Below are positions 1-8,558 of a DNA stretch of 39,384 nucleotides, piece by piece; the first letter of the stretch is position 1, and each line of letters begins with the position of its first letter. The position numbers were made by a program, and so were the translations under genes. The notes under the pieces were generated by a model that did not search any database, was not told the origin of the DNA, and worked only from the letters and a program-made list of their open reading frames with translations. The DNA comes from Bacteroidales bacterium (GTDB taxonomy: Bacteria > Bacteroidota > Bacteroidia > Bacteroidales > PWNQ01): assembly GCA_041641835.1 (NCBI GenBank), contig JBEPXQ010000001.1, positions 1 through 39,384 of the forward strand, given 5' to 3'.

Positions 1-217
1 GTTATTTGCTGAATTATAACAATAGCAGGTATTTCAGGCTTTTATTTATCTGATTTTTAAAGCTGAAAAACAGACAAAGACAGTTTTTTTTGAATATTTT
101 CTTTTATTCATGGCATGTTTGTATTAAATTAGTGCCCACATGTTTTGAGAACCAGTAAATATACATGCAACCTATTTTAATAAACAACTGTCTAAAAAAA
201 CCGGGAGAGATTATCTG

Positions 218-766
218 ATGCTTTCTGAACAAGAGATCATTAAGCGATGTATCGCTGGAGATCAGAAAGCTCAGGAACAGCTCTACCAGCGGTATTCACC
301 CAAAATGTGGGGTGTGTGTCTGCGTTTTGCCAAAAGTAAGATGGCAGCAGAAGACATCATGCAGGAGGGGTTTATCAGGGTTTTTGGTAAGCTGGATCAA
401 TATACCGGGGAAGGTTCTTTTGAAGGCTGGATACGAAGGACAATTGTCAATACTGCTATCAATCACTATAAGAAGAATATCAATCACAATAAGGAACTTG
501 ACATTGATGAAGTGACTATTCACAATCAGATTGAGCCTAAGGTGATAGATAAACTTTCGGTAAAAGAACTTATGGGAGTGATACAGCAGTTACCCGATGG
601 TTATCGCATGGTATTTAATCTTTTTGTGGTGGAAGGTTATTCTCATAAGGAGATTGGTGAGCAACTGGGAATCACGGAAAACACCTCAAAATCACAATTA
701 TCAAGGGCAAGGCATGTACTTCAGCAACAGATAAGAAAAGAACTAAACATTAACAGGAATGAGTGA
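218..766 (+). CDS. ECF-type RNA polymerase sigma-70 family factor
   Basis: 182 aa, ATG start. Region 2-like DIMQEGFIRVFGKLDQY and region 4 HTH GYSHKEIGEQLGITENTSKSQLSRARHVL. Size is typical of the ECF group. The stop overlaps the next gene's start (ATGAGTGA). Confidence 0.9.
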   Translation: MLSEQEIIKRCIAGDQKAQEQLYQRYSPKMWGVCLRFAKSKMAAEDIMQEGFIRVFGKLDQYTGEGSFEGWIRRTIVNTAINHYKKNINHNKELDIDEVTIHNQIEPKVIDKLSVKELMGVIQQLPDGYRMVFNLFVVEGYSHKEIGEQLGITENTSKSQLSRARHVLQQQIRKELNINRNE

Positions 767-2270
767 ATTTGATCAAATAGATAAAAAAATAGCGGAAAAG
801 CTTGAGCAGTTTTCCGAAGCGCCTCCGCAGGGTGTGTGGGAAAATATTCGTTCCGGGCTGGATAATGCTCCTCCCGGGCCTACTGCCAAAGCAAGCTTCT
901 TCAGCGGAAATCCGGTTATGTGGAGAGCCGCTGCTGCAGCTGTTATCATTGCTACCATTATATTCTATCTGATCACACCAGAAGCTGATATGCAACCTGC
1001 CTATGAGGAACGGCAGAGTGAAATAGCACTTGCTGAGCCTCAAAAACCTGCGGTGAAAGATGAGCTAAGCACTTCTGAAGAAATAAAAGAACTGGCTGCC
1101 AACTCCGGAGCTGATAACAGCGGCAATTCAGCTGGAAAAAGTACCCTGGATGAAGAACCTGCTGCTACTCCGGATTCAGATAATTTGTGGACTGAAGTAG
1201 CCAAAGAGAAAAATAAGAAAGACGAACTAGCTACCCGGACTGAAATGGTGAAAGAAGAACCCGTAAAATCACCACTGCAGAAACAACAAGAATTGCCAGT
1301 GACCTCCCTGGAGCCTGTGAATACTCAAAGCGAATTATCGGAAGAGCCAGTTATTCATAGCCCTGAACCTGAGCCAGCCATCGCTTCATCTAATGATCCA
1401 CAGCAGAAATCAGTAGATAAACGATCTAAAGAAGGGATAAACAAATTACCTCTGAAGAAACAGGCTTATGCAGAAGCGGCTAATCCAAACCTGTCAAGAA
1501 AAATGGCAAGACGTAAGGTACCTGAAGGTAATTATTACTTTAATGATAATTCTTCACCACTTTCTCTTGGTATTTATGCCTCTACTGATCGCATTTATAA
1601 CACTGCGGATGCTCTTACAGGTGCCAACGATGCCTACGGCCTTGGAATAGCAGTTAGATATGCCATTTCCGACAGGCATTTCCTGGAATCAGGACTGGGC
1701 ACTTACCAAAGTGAAGATGGATGGGATTATAATGTGGACTACCGCTCAAACCAACTAATGGGTTACTATACTGATGTGGATACAGTTACATATGATATTG
1801 TTGTTGGGTCGCAAGGGCAGGATTCAGTGGTAATCAATTATTTCACCAGCCAGCAAGCTGTGTACGATTCTGTTGACCTTAGCGCATCTGAAATGACCAC
1901 TAAGAAATACACTTATCTAACGGTGCCTCTTATGATCGGTTATCAGAACAATATTAAAAACTTTCTGTATTCAGTATCCACTGGTTTAACCATGTCAGTG
2001 GTGTTGCATGAAAAAACTGAGATGGCAGATTTTGATGAAGATAATGTAAATGTACTTCAGGTGGATCACGAGGTATATAACAGGATAAAAATGAACTGGC
2101 ATTATACACTGAACCTTGGAGCCGGATACCGCTTCAACGACCATTGGTCGCTGGTTGTAGAACCTCGCCTGAGGGTTTATTTGAAGGACCTTTATGAAAC
2201 CTCACCCGCAGTTGAGACCAAAAGACCATATTCCATCGGGCTCAGTGGCGGTGTTTTTTACAGCTTTTAA
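759..2270 (+). CDS. ECF-coupled membrane protein: putative anti-sigma N-terminus, single TM helix, acidic/Pro-rich linker and C-terminal outer-membrane beta-barrel-like domain
   Basis: Overlaps the sigma gene by 8 nt. About 53 aa of soluble N-terminus precede the hydrophobic helix VMWRAAAAAVIIATIIFYLI. A roughly 170-aa E/P/S/K-rich low-complexity segment follows. The last ~230 aa show alternating amphipathic strands (YGLGIAVRYAIS, WHYTLNLGAGYRF, WSLVVEPRLRVYL) and a terminal aromatic (GGVFYSF), as in OMP_b-brl_2/PorT-like barrels. No zinc anti-sigma HxxxCxxC motif. Confidence 0.55.
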   Translation: MSEFDQIDKKIAEKLEQFSEAPPQGVWENIRSGLDNAPPGPTAKASFFSGNPVMWRAAAAAVIIATIIFYLITPEADMQPAYEERQSEIALAEPQKPAVKDELSTSEEIKELAANSGADNSGNSAGKSTLDEEPAATPDSDNLWTEVAKEKNKKDELATRTEMVKEEPVKSPLQKQQELPVTSLEPVNTQSELSEEPVIHSPEPEPAIASSNDPQQKSVDKRSKEGINKLPLKKQAYAEAANPNLSRKMARRKVPEGNYYFNDNSSPLSLGIYASTDRIYNTADALTGANDAYGLGIAVRYAISDRHFLESGLGTYQSEDGWDYNVDYRSNQLMGYYTDVDTVTYDIVVGSQGQDSVVINYFTSQQAVYDSVDLSASEMTTKKYTYLTVPLMIGYQNNIKNFLYSVSTGLTMSVVLHEKTEMADFDEDNVNVLQVDHEVYNRIKMNWHYTLNLGAGYRFNDHWSLVVEPRLRVYLKDLYETSPAVETKRPYSIGLSGGVFYSF

Positions 2271-2281
2271 AAGAATGAACC

Positions 2282-4330
2282 ATGAATATATTGATTAAAT
2301 ACCTGATAATTGGCCTCTTGTTCAGCACCTGCTTCCTGGCGGAAAATGCCGGTGCAACACAGGTGGTAGTCAGCGGATACCTTAAGGATATGGACAATAA
2401 TCCTGTTCCGGGATACAACGTTAATGCGGTGATAGATGGTGACACCTCAGTGCACATCAATAATCTTTATACAGATTCTGCCGGCTTCTTCAGTGATACT
2501 ATATATACTCCTGATATGGAAGGAATAGTGCTTATATATGTGTATGATTGCGACAATCAGATTAATGAACTTATTCACTCTTTTGATGGGGATGTTAATG
2601 TAAATAGTGATTTTCAGATATGCTATGAACAAAAGACGCTATGTGAATCAAATTTTATCTTCATAAAAGATTCACTTAGTAACTACACTTTCAGCTTTTT
2701 CAATAATTCCATCGCCAGTGGCCCAATTAATAATTATTTATGGAGCTTTGGAGATAATACAACCTCAAACCTAAAAAATCCTGTTCATACGTTTACTGAT
2801 ACGGGATATTACCATGTATGCCTTGAAATATGGACGGCAAACGGCTGTTATGATATTTATTGCGATTCTATTAAAGTAACTGCTCCTGCTAATTTATGTG
2901 ATGCTAATTACTACTTTAAAAAGGACACAGTTACTGGTTTAATGAACTACTATCATTTCTTTGATAACTCTAGTCCTTCCGATCAAATAGTATCACGGTA
3001 CTGGGATTTTGATGACGGTCATTTTGATAATGTTGAAAATCCCAGTCATCAGTTTAAGGATAAAGGAGTATATAACGTTACCCTGAGTATCTCAACAGGC
3101 ACCTGCACTTCCAGCTATTCTCACAGGCTTGTTATTCAGCAGGATTTTGTAGGCACCTGTAATGCTTACTATACCTATAGTGTTGACACAACTATTAATA
3201 ATAAAGAATACAACTTCACAAGCCAATCCTCTTCTGTTGGATCACCAATTGTGGGATATTACTGGAACTTTGGAGATGGTAATATTTCCACGCAACAAAA
3301 CCCAACCCATGTTTTTCAGGATATAGGACAATATAAAGTAGAGCTGACAATAATTACCCATGATAGTTGTATTTCAACTTTTTCTGAAAATGTCATAGTC
3401 GGGAATCCTAATTATTACTTTATCGGTGGACAGATTTTTAAAGATAATTTCACGATAACAGGCGAATTTGATGTTATTCTTTACCGTGATATTAATAATT
3501 ATCTGGAACCGGTTGATACCGCTACTTTTGATACCCTGGCCTACTATTACTTTATTGATGTTATAGAAGCTGATTACAAGGTGAAGGCATACCCGGCTAA
3601 AACTGCTTCATGTTATGGCAGTGTTACACCCAGCTATTACTATCATGAAATGTTCTGGAATCATTCACAAAGTATCGGACTTGATAACTCCACAGTAAGT
3701 AAAGACATAAAGCTGGTTAACCTTAGCCCAAATTCAGGTCCCGGTAAAATCAATGGTAAAATGTATTACAATGCCAACTACAGTGCTGGCCTTTTCCCTC
3801 CCGGAACTATTCCAAGCATGGCCTTTCGTGAAATATACCTGCTGGACAAACACACCCAGGAACCTGTAAGATTTACCTTTACTGATGGTAGTGGGAATTA
3901 TTCCTTTAATGATCTGGCCTTTGGTGATTATGTAGTTAATGCTGATTATGCAGGAAAATATTGTATTCCAGTTGAAGTAACACTTTCTCAAACTAATCCG
4001 GAAATTGACAGTGTAAATCTGGAAGTAGGTGACCAAATAACCGGCATTATTAAAGATGAAATAACACCCGTATCGTTAGTAGGAGATGCTTTCCCCAATC
4101 CTTCATCCGGCATCTTTTTAATTCCTCTTGATCTTGTGAAGTCCGCTGAGGTGTCGATAACAGTCCAAAATATGAGTGGACAGCTGCTGAAGGAATTTAA
4201 TGAAAAATATTCAGCAGGTAAACATAATAGCAATCTGGATTTATCCTCACTTGAAAAAGGTATTTATTTATTGGATGTGGAAATATCTGGTCAACAGCTA
4301 AAAAACAGACAAAAGATAATTATTTACTAA
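2282..4330 (+). CDS. Secreted PKD-repeat protein with carboxypeptidase-regulatory-like domains and a T9SS C-terminal sorting domain
   Basis: N-terminal signal peptide. Three PKD cores: WSFGDNTTSNLKNPVHTFTDTGYYHVCLEI, WDFDDGHFDNVENPSHQFKDKGVYNVTLSI, WNFGDGNISTQQNPTHVFQDIGQYKVELTI. CarboxypepD_reg-like GNYSFNDLAFGDYVV. C-terminus AFPNPSSGIFLIPL...GIYLLDVEISGQ...IIIY matches a type A T9SS CTD. Lies 12 nt after the preceding gene. Confidence 0.85.
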   Translation: MNILIKYLIIGLLFSTCFLAENAGATQVVVSGYLKDMDNNPVPGYNVNAVIDGDTSVHINNLYTDSAGFFSDTIYTPDMEGIVLIYVYDCDNQINELIHSFDGDVNVNSDFQICYEQKTLCESNFIFIKDSLSNYTFSFFNNSIASGPINNYLWSFGDNTTSNLKNPVHTFTDTGYYHVCLEIWTANGCYDIYCDSIKVTAPANLCDANYYFKKDTVTGLMNYYHFFDNSSPSDQIVSRYWDFDDGHFDNVENPSHQFKDKGVYNVTLSISTGTCTSSYSHRLVIQQDFVGTCNAYYTYSVDTTINNKEYNFTSQSSSVGSPIVGYYWNFGDGNISTQQNPTHVFQDIGQYKVELTIITHDSCISTFSENVIVGNPNYYFIGGQIFKDNFTITGEFDVILYRDINNYLEPVDTATFDTLAYYYFIDVIEADYKVKAYPAKTASCYGSVTPSYYYHEMFWNHSQSIGLDNSTVSKDIKLVNLSPNSGPGKINGKMYYNANYSAGLFPPGTIPSMAFREIYLLDKHTQEPVRFTFTDGSGNYSFNDLAFGDYVVNADYAGKYCIPVEVTLSQTNPEIDSVNLEVGDQITGIIKDEITPVSLVGDAFPNPSSGIFLIPLDLVKSAEVSITVQNMSGQLLKEFNEKYSAGKHNSNLDLSSLEKGIYLLDVEISGQQLKNRQKIIIY

Positions 4331-4429
4331 AAAATCACATTTTAATGCAACCCATTTGGTGATATGGCTGTCTGTGTTTGCAGAGTGCTACAAAATAAAT
4401 GTTGTTTCCTGTTTGTTTTTGCTGCGGAC

Positions 4430-4465
4430 AGCCCCTGAATCCATAACAGGGGCTTTCCTTTTTTT
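4430..4465 (+). terminator. Rho-independent terminator after the PKD/T9SS gene
   Basis: AGCCCCTG (4430-4437) pairs with CAGGGGCT (4447-4454) across a 9-nt loop, followed by TTCCTTTTTTT. The T-tract overlaps the ispG stop codon on the other strand. Confidence 0.7.
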
Positions 4466-6155
4466 AAGCCTCCACCCAATCACCATGTTTTTTAATCAGG
4501 TTTATCAATTCCTCCAGGGCTTCAGACTCAGGAATATTTCTTTTCACTACTTCTCTGTTTTTATATAGCGTGATTTTTCCTTTTCCTGAACCCACATAAC
4601 CATAATCTGCATCAGCCATTTCACCCGGGCCATTGACGATGCATCCCATAATTCCGATCCTTAATCCTTTTAAATGTGATAATTTGTTGCGAATTTTTTC
4701 TGCTTGCTTTTGCAGGTCAAAAAGAGTTCTGCCACACCCCGGGCAAGAGATAAACTCGGTTTTAAACATTCTTGCCCGAGATGCCTGGAGTATGGATTCG
4801 CCAAGGCCATTCAAACGTTGAGGATTTAATCCACGATGATCAAGATGAATACCATCAGCTAATCCGTCTGCAAGAAAAAGCCCCGATTTAGCTGCAGCTT
4901 CAGAAATAAATCTTTCCGTGTTTTTATGATTACCACTGAAATGTGCAATAACCGGATGCTTTATTTCCCGTTTTGACAATTCCAACATTACTTTCCTTGC
5001 AGTATGAATTTCTTTCACATCAATAAAAAGGATTTGATCAGGATCGCTTTTATTCAAATCTGCAGGGCTTTTAACAAAAACAGGATGAACCTGCATTTTT
5101 TTTCCTTCTGAAGAGTAAATAGAATTATTTTTTACGAAAAATTCTGAATCGTCGTCCTTACCAATAACCACAGCGGAACGGGTTCCTTTAGTTAATATGT
5201 TTTCATTGCATATTCGCTTTGTAAAGTTAAAAGGATCAAAAGGTATCTGATGTGTGCGGGATGTTGGTTCAGCCAGTTTAGAAGGCATTAGATCTCTGAG
5301 TGCCTTCGCCACAGGAATTTCATTTTCCGGATCTTCTGTCAGGGAAACGCGTATGGTGTCGCCCAGGCCATCGAGTAGTAAAGCACCAATACCAGTTGCG
5401 GATTTGATCCTTCCGTCATCACCGGCTCCCGCTTCGGTAACGCCAAGGTGCAGCGGATATACCTCCCCGCTTTTTAGCATCTCGTGCATAAGCAGCCGGT
5501 AGGCCTGTATCATAATCCTGGTGTTGGATGATTTCATAGATAATACGATATCATGGAAAGCGTACTTTCTGAATATCTGAAGAAACTCCAGAGCAGACAT
5601 CACCATGCCTCTGGGAGTATCACCATATTTATGAATGATCCTTGCTGCCAGGCTACCGTGGTTACTACCAATTCTGATGGCTGTATTATGCTTCCTGCAG
5701 GCTTCGATTAGAGGTAACAGCTTTTCTTCGGTTTTAGCCAACTCAAGCGCATAGTCCTTTTCAGAGGCAGGTATTTCACTTCGGATAAAATTTCCGGGGT
5801 TGATCCTTACCTTCTCAATGATCTGGGCTGCTTTCACAGCCAGTTCCGGCTTAAAATGGGTATCAGCTACCAAAGGTGTATTATACCCTCGGCTTCTTAA
5901 TAACTCTTTAATCGTGGCCATGTTTTCCACTTCTTTCATGCTTGCCGTGGACATTCTCACGAGCTCTCCGCCTGCCCTGATTATCCTTTCTGCCTGTGCC
6001 ACGGTTGCTTCAGTATCCAAAGTGGAGGTATTGCACATTGATTGCAATCGCACCGGGTTATCTCCGCCGATGGAAATATTTCCCACTTTCACAACACGGG
6101 TCTTAACCCTCAGACTTTTATAAGGATCGATATTATATAAAGCATTAAAGATCAT
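4464..6155 (-). CDS. ispG: 4-hydroxy-3-methylbut-2-en-1-yl diphosphate synthase (flavodoxin/ferredoxin), long three-domain form
   Basis: N-terminal TIM-barrel motifs VKVGNISIGGDNPVRLQSM and RINPGN. C-terminal Fe-S domain FISCPGCGRT...IMGCIVNGPGE. About 190 extra residues lie between the two domains. The ORF-track start 6161 is TTG; I use the ATG at 6155. Confidence 0.93.
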   Translation of the reverse strand: MIFNALYNIDPYKSLRVKTRVVKVGNISIGGDNPVRLQSMCNTSTLDTEATVAQAERIIRAGGELVRMSTASMKEVENMATIKELLRSRGYNTPLVADTHFKPELAVKAAQIIEKVRINPGNFIRSEIPASEKDYALELAKTEEKLLPLIEACRKHNTAIRIGSNHGSLAARIIHKYGDTPRGMVMSALEFLQIFRKYAFHDIVLSMKSSNTRIMIQAYRLLMHEMLKSGEVYPLHLGVTEAGAGDDGRIKSATGIGALLLDGLGDTIRVSLTEDPENEIPVAKALRDLMPSKLAEPTSRTHQIPFDPFNFTKRICNENILTKGTRSAVVIGKDDDSEFFVKNNSIYSSEGKKMQVHPVFVKSPADLNKSDPDQILFIDVKEIHTARKVMLELSKREIKHPVIAHFSGNHKNTERFISEAAAKSGLFLADGLADGIHLDHRGLNPQRLNGLGESILQASRARMFKTEFISCPGCGRTLFDLQKQAEKIRNKLSHLKGLRIGIMGCIVNGPGEMADADYGYVGSGKGKITLYKNREVVKRNIPESEALEELINLIKKHGDWVEA

Positions 6156-6170
6156 GCACAAGAAATTTTA

Positions 6171-6944
6171 TTACCAGTCTTTATAAACGGGAAATTTTTC
6201 ACGGAATTTATGAAGATGTTCCCTGGAGGCAGTGAAAATACTACTATTTTCAAGATGCGGAGCACACTGATTAAATGCCTCCCCCCTGTAATTAAAAGCC
6301 ACTGAATCGCCACTGTACAACAGATTATTTTTATCCCGTCCTACCCGGTTCACGCCAATGCAGTAGGCCTGGTTTTCCAGTGCCCTGGCTTTCAGTAGCG
6401 AAATCCATGCGTCTTTTCTGCTTCCGGGCCAATTGGCCACATATATGAGGATATCATATGCCGGGTTCCCGTTTTCAGTGGTATTGGCTGACCACACCGG
6501 AAATCTTAGATCATAACAGATCAGCGGAAGGATTTTCCATCCTTTATAGGAGATAATTATTTTTTCTGATCCTGCTGAATAATGCCTGGGCTCACGACCC
6601 ATACGAAACAAATGCTTTTTGTCATAGTGCAGCAAATTTCCTTCGGGAGAAGCCCAGTAAAACCGGTTATAATATCTGCCGTCAACCTGCTCCATTACAC
6701 TTCCGCATATTGCAGATTTAAGGCCATTGGCCAGATCAAGCATCCAGCGGGTTGTAATTGAGGCTGTTTGTTCCTTGATTTTTTCAGGCATCATGGAAAA
6801 TCCGGTGTCAAACATTTCAGGAAGAATGAGGATGTCATAATCACTTCCTTCCTGTCGGGCTTTTTCCTCCAGCATTTGACGGTTCTTTTGACGGTCATGC
6901 CAAAAAATTTCAGTTTGCAGAAAACAAATCTTCAGATCTTGCAT
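6171..6944 (-). CDS. yafV: Omega-amidase (carbon-nitrogen hydrolase family, YafV-like)
   Basis: Collinear similarity to E. coli YafV as I recall it: LPEMFDTGF, KKHLFRM, GWKILPLICYDLRFPVW (catalytic Cys), YVANWP, ENQAY, FREKFPV. Confidence 0.85.
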   Translation of the reverse strand: MQDLKICFLQTEIFWHDRQKNRQMLEEKARQEGSDYDILILPEMFDTGFSMMPEKIKEQTASITTRWMLDLANGLKSAICGSVMEQVDGRYYNRFYWASPEGNLLHYDKKHLFRMGREPRHYSAGSEKIIISYKGWKILPLICYDLRFPVWSANTTENGNPAYDILIYVANWPGSRKDAWISLLKARALENQAYCIGVNRVGRDKNNLLYSGDSVAFNYRGEAFNQCAPHLENSSIFTASREHLHKFREKFPVYKDW

Positions 6945-8089
6945 AAAATATCGGCAGCTTTTTTCAGGGTTTCATCGCTTTTGGCAAAGCAGAATCGAAT
7001 AATTTTATGATCGTTACCACGGTGATAAAATGCGGATAAAGGAACAGATGCAATACCATGTTTTATGGTCAGCTCTTTGGCAAATTCAACATCAGATTTG
7101 CTTGAAATATTGCTAAAGTCAGCAAGTTGGTAGAAAGTCCCTTCCGAAGGAATAAAACTGAAGCGGGAATTTTTCAATAGAGAATTAAACAGGTCACGCT
7201 TTTTCTGATATAAATCCCCCAGGCCTACATAGGTCTGTGGGTTTTTCATATAATCAGCCACTGCCAGTTGCATTGGGTGATTCGCAGCAAAGACTATGTT
7301 TTGATGAGCTTTTCTGAATTCATGGGTGAGTTTCTGGGGAGCCACACAATACCCCAGCTTCCACCCTGTGATACTAAAACTTTTCCCAAATGAACTGACA
7401 ATAATAGAACGTTTGCTTAATTCTTCGTGCGTTGCCAGGCTGATATGTTGTTGCCGGTCAAAAATGATGTGCTCATAAACTTCATCACTCATCACGAGTA
7501 TATCGGTGTTTCTTATCAGTCGGTGAAGTTTTTCCAGGTCAGCCGCCGCTATATTTTTCCCACTGGGATTATTTGGGAAATTCAAAATAATCATTCTGGT
7601 TCGCGACGATATCATGCGTTTTACCTGATCCCAGTTAATAGTGAAATCGGGTGGCGTGGTAGTAGAATACCGGATAATGCCGCCATTGTAGCGGATGGAT
7701 GGTGCATAGGTATCGAAGGCGGGTTCAATAATAATTACTTCATCATCCTCACACACAAAAGCAGTAATTGCAGAGAAAATGGCTTGAGTGGCTCCTGCAG
7801 TTATAGTAACCTCCTCGTCCCAGTCATAGGCTCTGTTGTAGAGATTTTTATATTTTTTGCTAAGAGTTTTCCTCAGCGTATCTGCGCCTTTCATTGGGGC
7901 GTACTGGTTTCTGCCTTCAGCAATGTGTTTTTGTACCAATGTGAGAAGCTCTTGTGGGCTGTTGAAGTCAGGATAACCCTGCGACAAGTTTATTGCCTTG
8001 TGCTTTTCTGCGAGCTGAGTCATGGTGGCAAAAATCGAGTTACTGAAGTCCGGTAGCTTACTTTTTATGTTAATGTTATTTCTTATCAT
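6932..8089 (-). CDS. ybdL: PLP-dependent aminotransferase, YbdL-type (methionine/glutamine transaminase)
   Basis: Collinear with E. coli YbdL as recalled: AINLSQGYPDF, NQYAPM, TAGATQA, SDEVYEHI, SSFGKSFSITGWKLGYCVAP (PLP lysine), IRFCFAK. Overlaps yafV by 13 nt. Confidence 0.88.
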   Translation of the reverse strand: MIRNNINIKSKLPDFSNSIFATMTQLAEKHKAINLSQGYPDFNSPQELLTLVQKHIAEGRNQYAPMKGADTLRKTLSKKYKNLYNRAYDWDEEVTITAGATQAIFSAITAFVCEDDEVIIIEPAFDTYAPSIRYNGGIIRYSTTTPPDFTINWDQVKRMISSRTRMIILNFPNNPSGKNIAAADLEKLHRLIRNTDILVMSDEVYEHIIFDRQQHISLATHEELSKRSIIVSSFGKSFSITGWKLGYCVAPQKLTHEFRKAHQNIVFAANHPMQLAVADYMKNPQTYVGLGDLYQKKRDLFNSLLKNSRFSFIPSEGTFYQLADFSNISSKSDVEFAKELTIKHGIASVPLSAFYHRGNDHKIIRFCFAKSDETLKKAADILCKI

Positions 8090-8106
8090 TCTCAGGGAGC
8101 TTTTTA

Positions 8107-8114
8107 CAAAAATA
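8107..8114 (-). promoter_or_regulatory. Bacteroidota -7 promoter box (TATTTTTG on the minus strand) for ybdL-yafV(-ispG)
   Basis: Plus-strand CAAAAATA is TAnnTTTG on the minus strand, 18 nt upstream of the ybdL ATG. Confidence 0.4.
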
Positions 8115-8558
8115 ATTGATTTTACCCCAAAAAATACGGTAAAATTGCAAAGGACTAAACATTTAACACTTTTTCTGGTTACAATGTTGAATTAATGATA
8201 CTTATTAAAAATTTATTTTAGTTTGAATAACCCTGTGGGAATTTTCCCGTAGAAAGAGATTATTAAACTGATTGAAATCTGGTTATGTTATGATGACCTG
8301 ATTGATAAAACGTTAATAAAAAAGTAAGAAATTCTTGTTTATAGCAGATGCCTTTATTCAAAGCATTTTTTTACTTTTACAACTGGAAAAGTTTATTGAA
8401 ATCGGATGGCCAATAAATTAACTGCATTCACCTTTTTTAGGGGGTAAATGTGGTTTTTTATTATGATAAAAACCACCGGTTAAAAAAGGAGGAAAAATCT
8501 GCGGTTTTTATAAAATGACAGCGGTTATCTCCGGGAACTGGCAATAAATCAAAAAAAA

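Noticed and set aside
61-83. A-rich stretch AGCTGAAAAACAGACAAAGACAG resembling AGCTAAAAAACAGACAAAAGATA at 4297-4319 (3' end of the PKD gene).
   Set aside because: Only a 13-mer (AAAAACAGACAAA) is identical, the sequence is low complexity, and the reading-frame contexts differ (non-coding versus coding). There is no flanking similarity to suggest a repeat element.
7427-8056. 209-aa ORF antisense to the ybdL-type aminotransferase.
   Set aside because: It lies entirely within a confidently identified gene on the other strand. The translation is low-complexity with no motifs, typical of a shadow ORF.
8348-8416. Mini-ORFs in the ybdL-pgk spacer, for example the 22-codon MPLFKAFFYFYNWKSLLKSDGQ and the 11-codon MWFFIMIKTTG.
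   Set aside because: Short ORFs are expected by chance in AT-rich DNA. No coding signal can be judged at this length. They are mentioned only within the intergenic-region finding.
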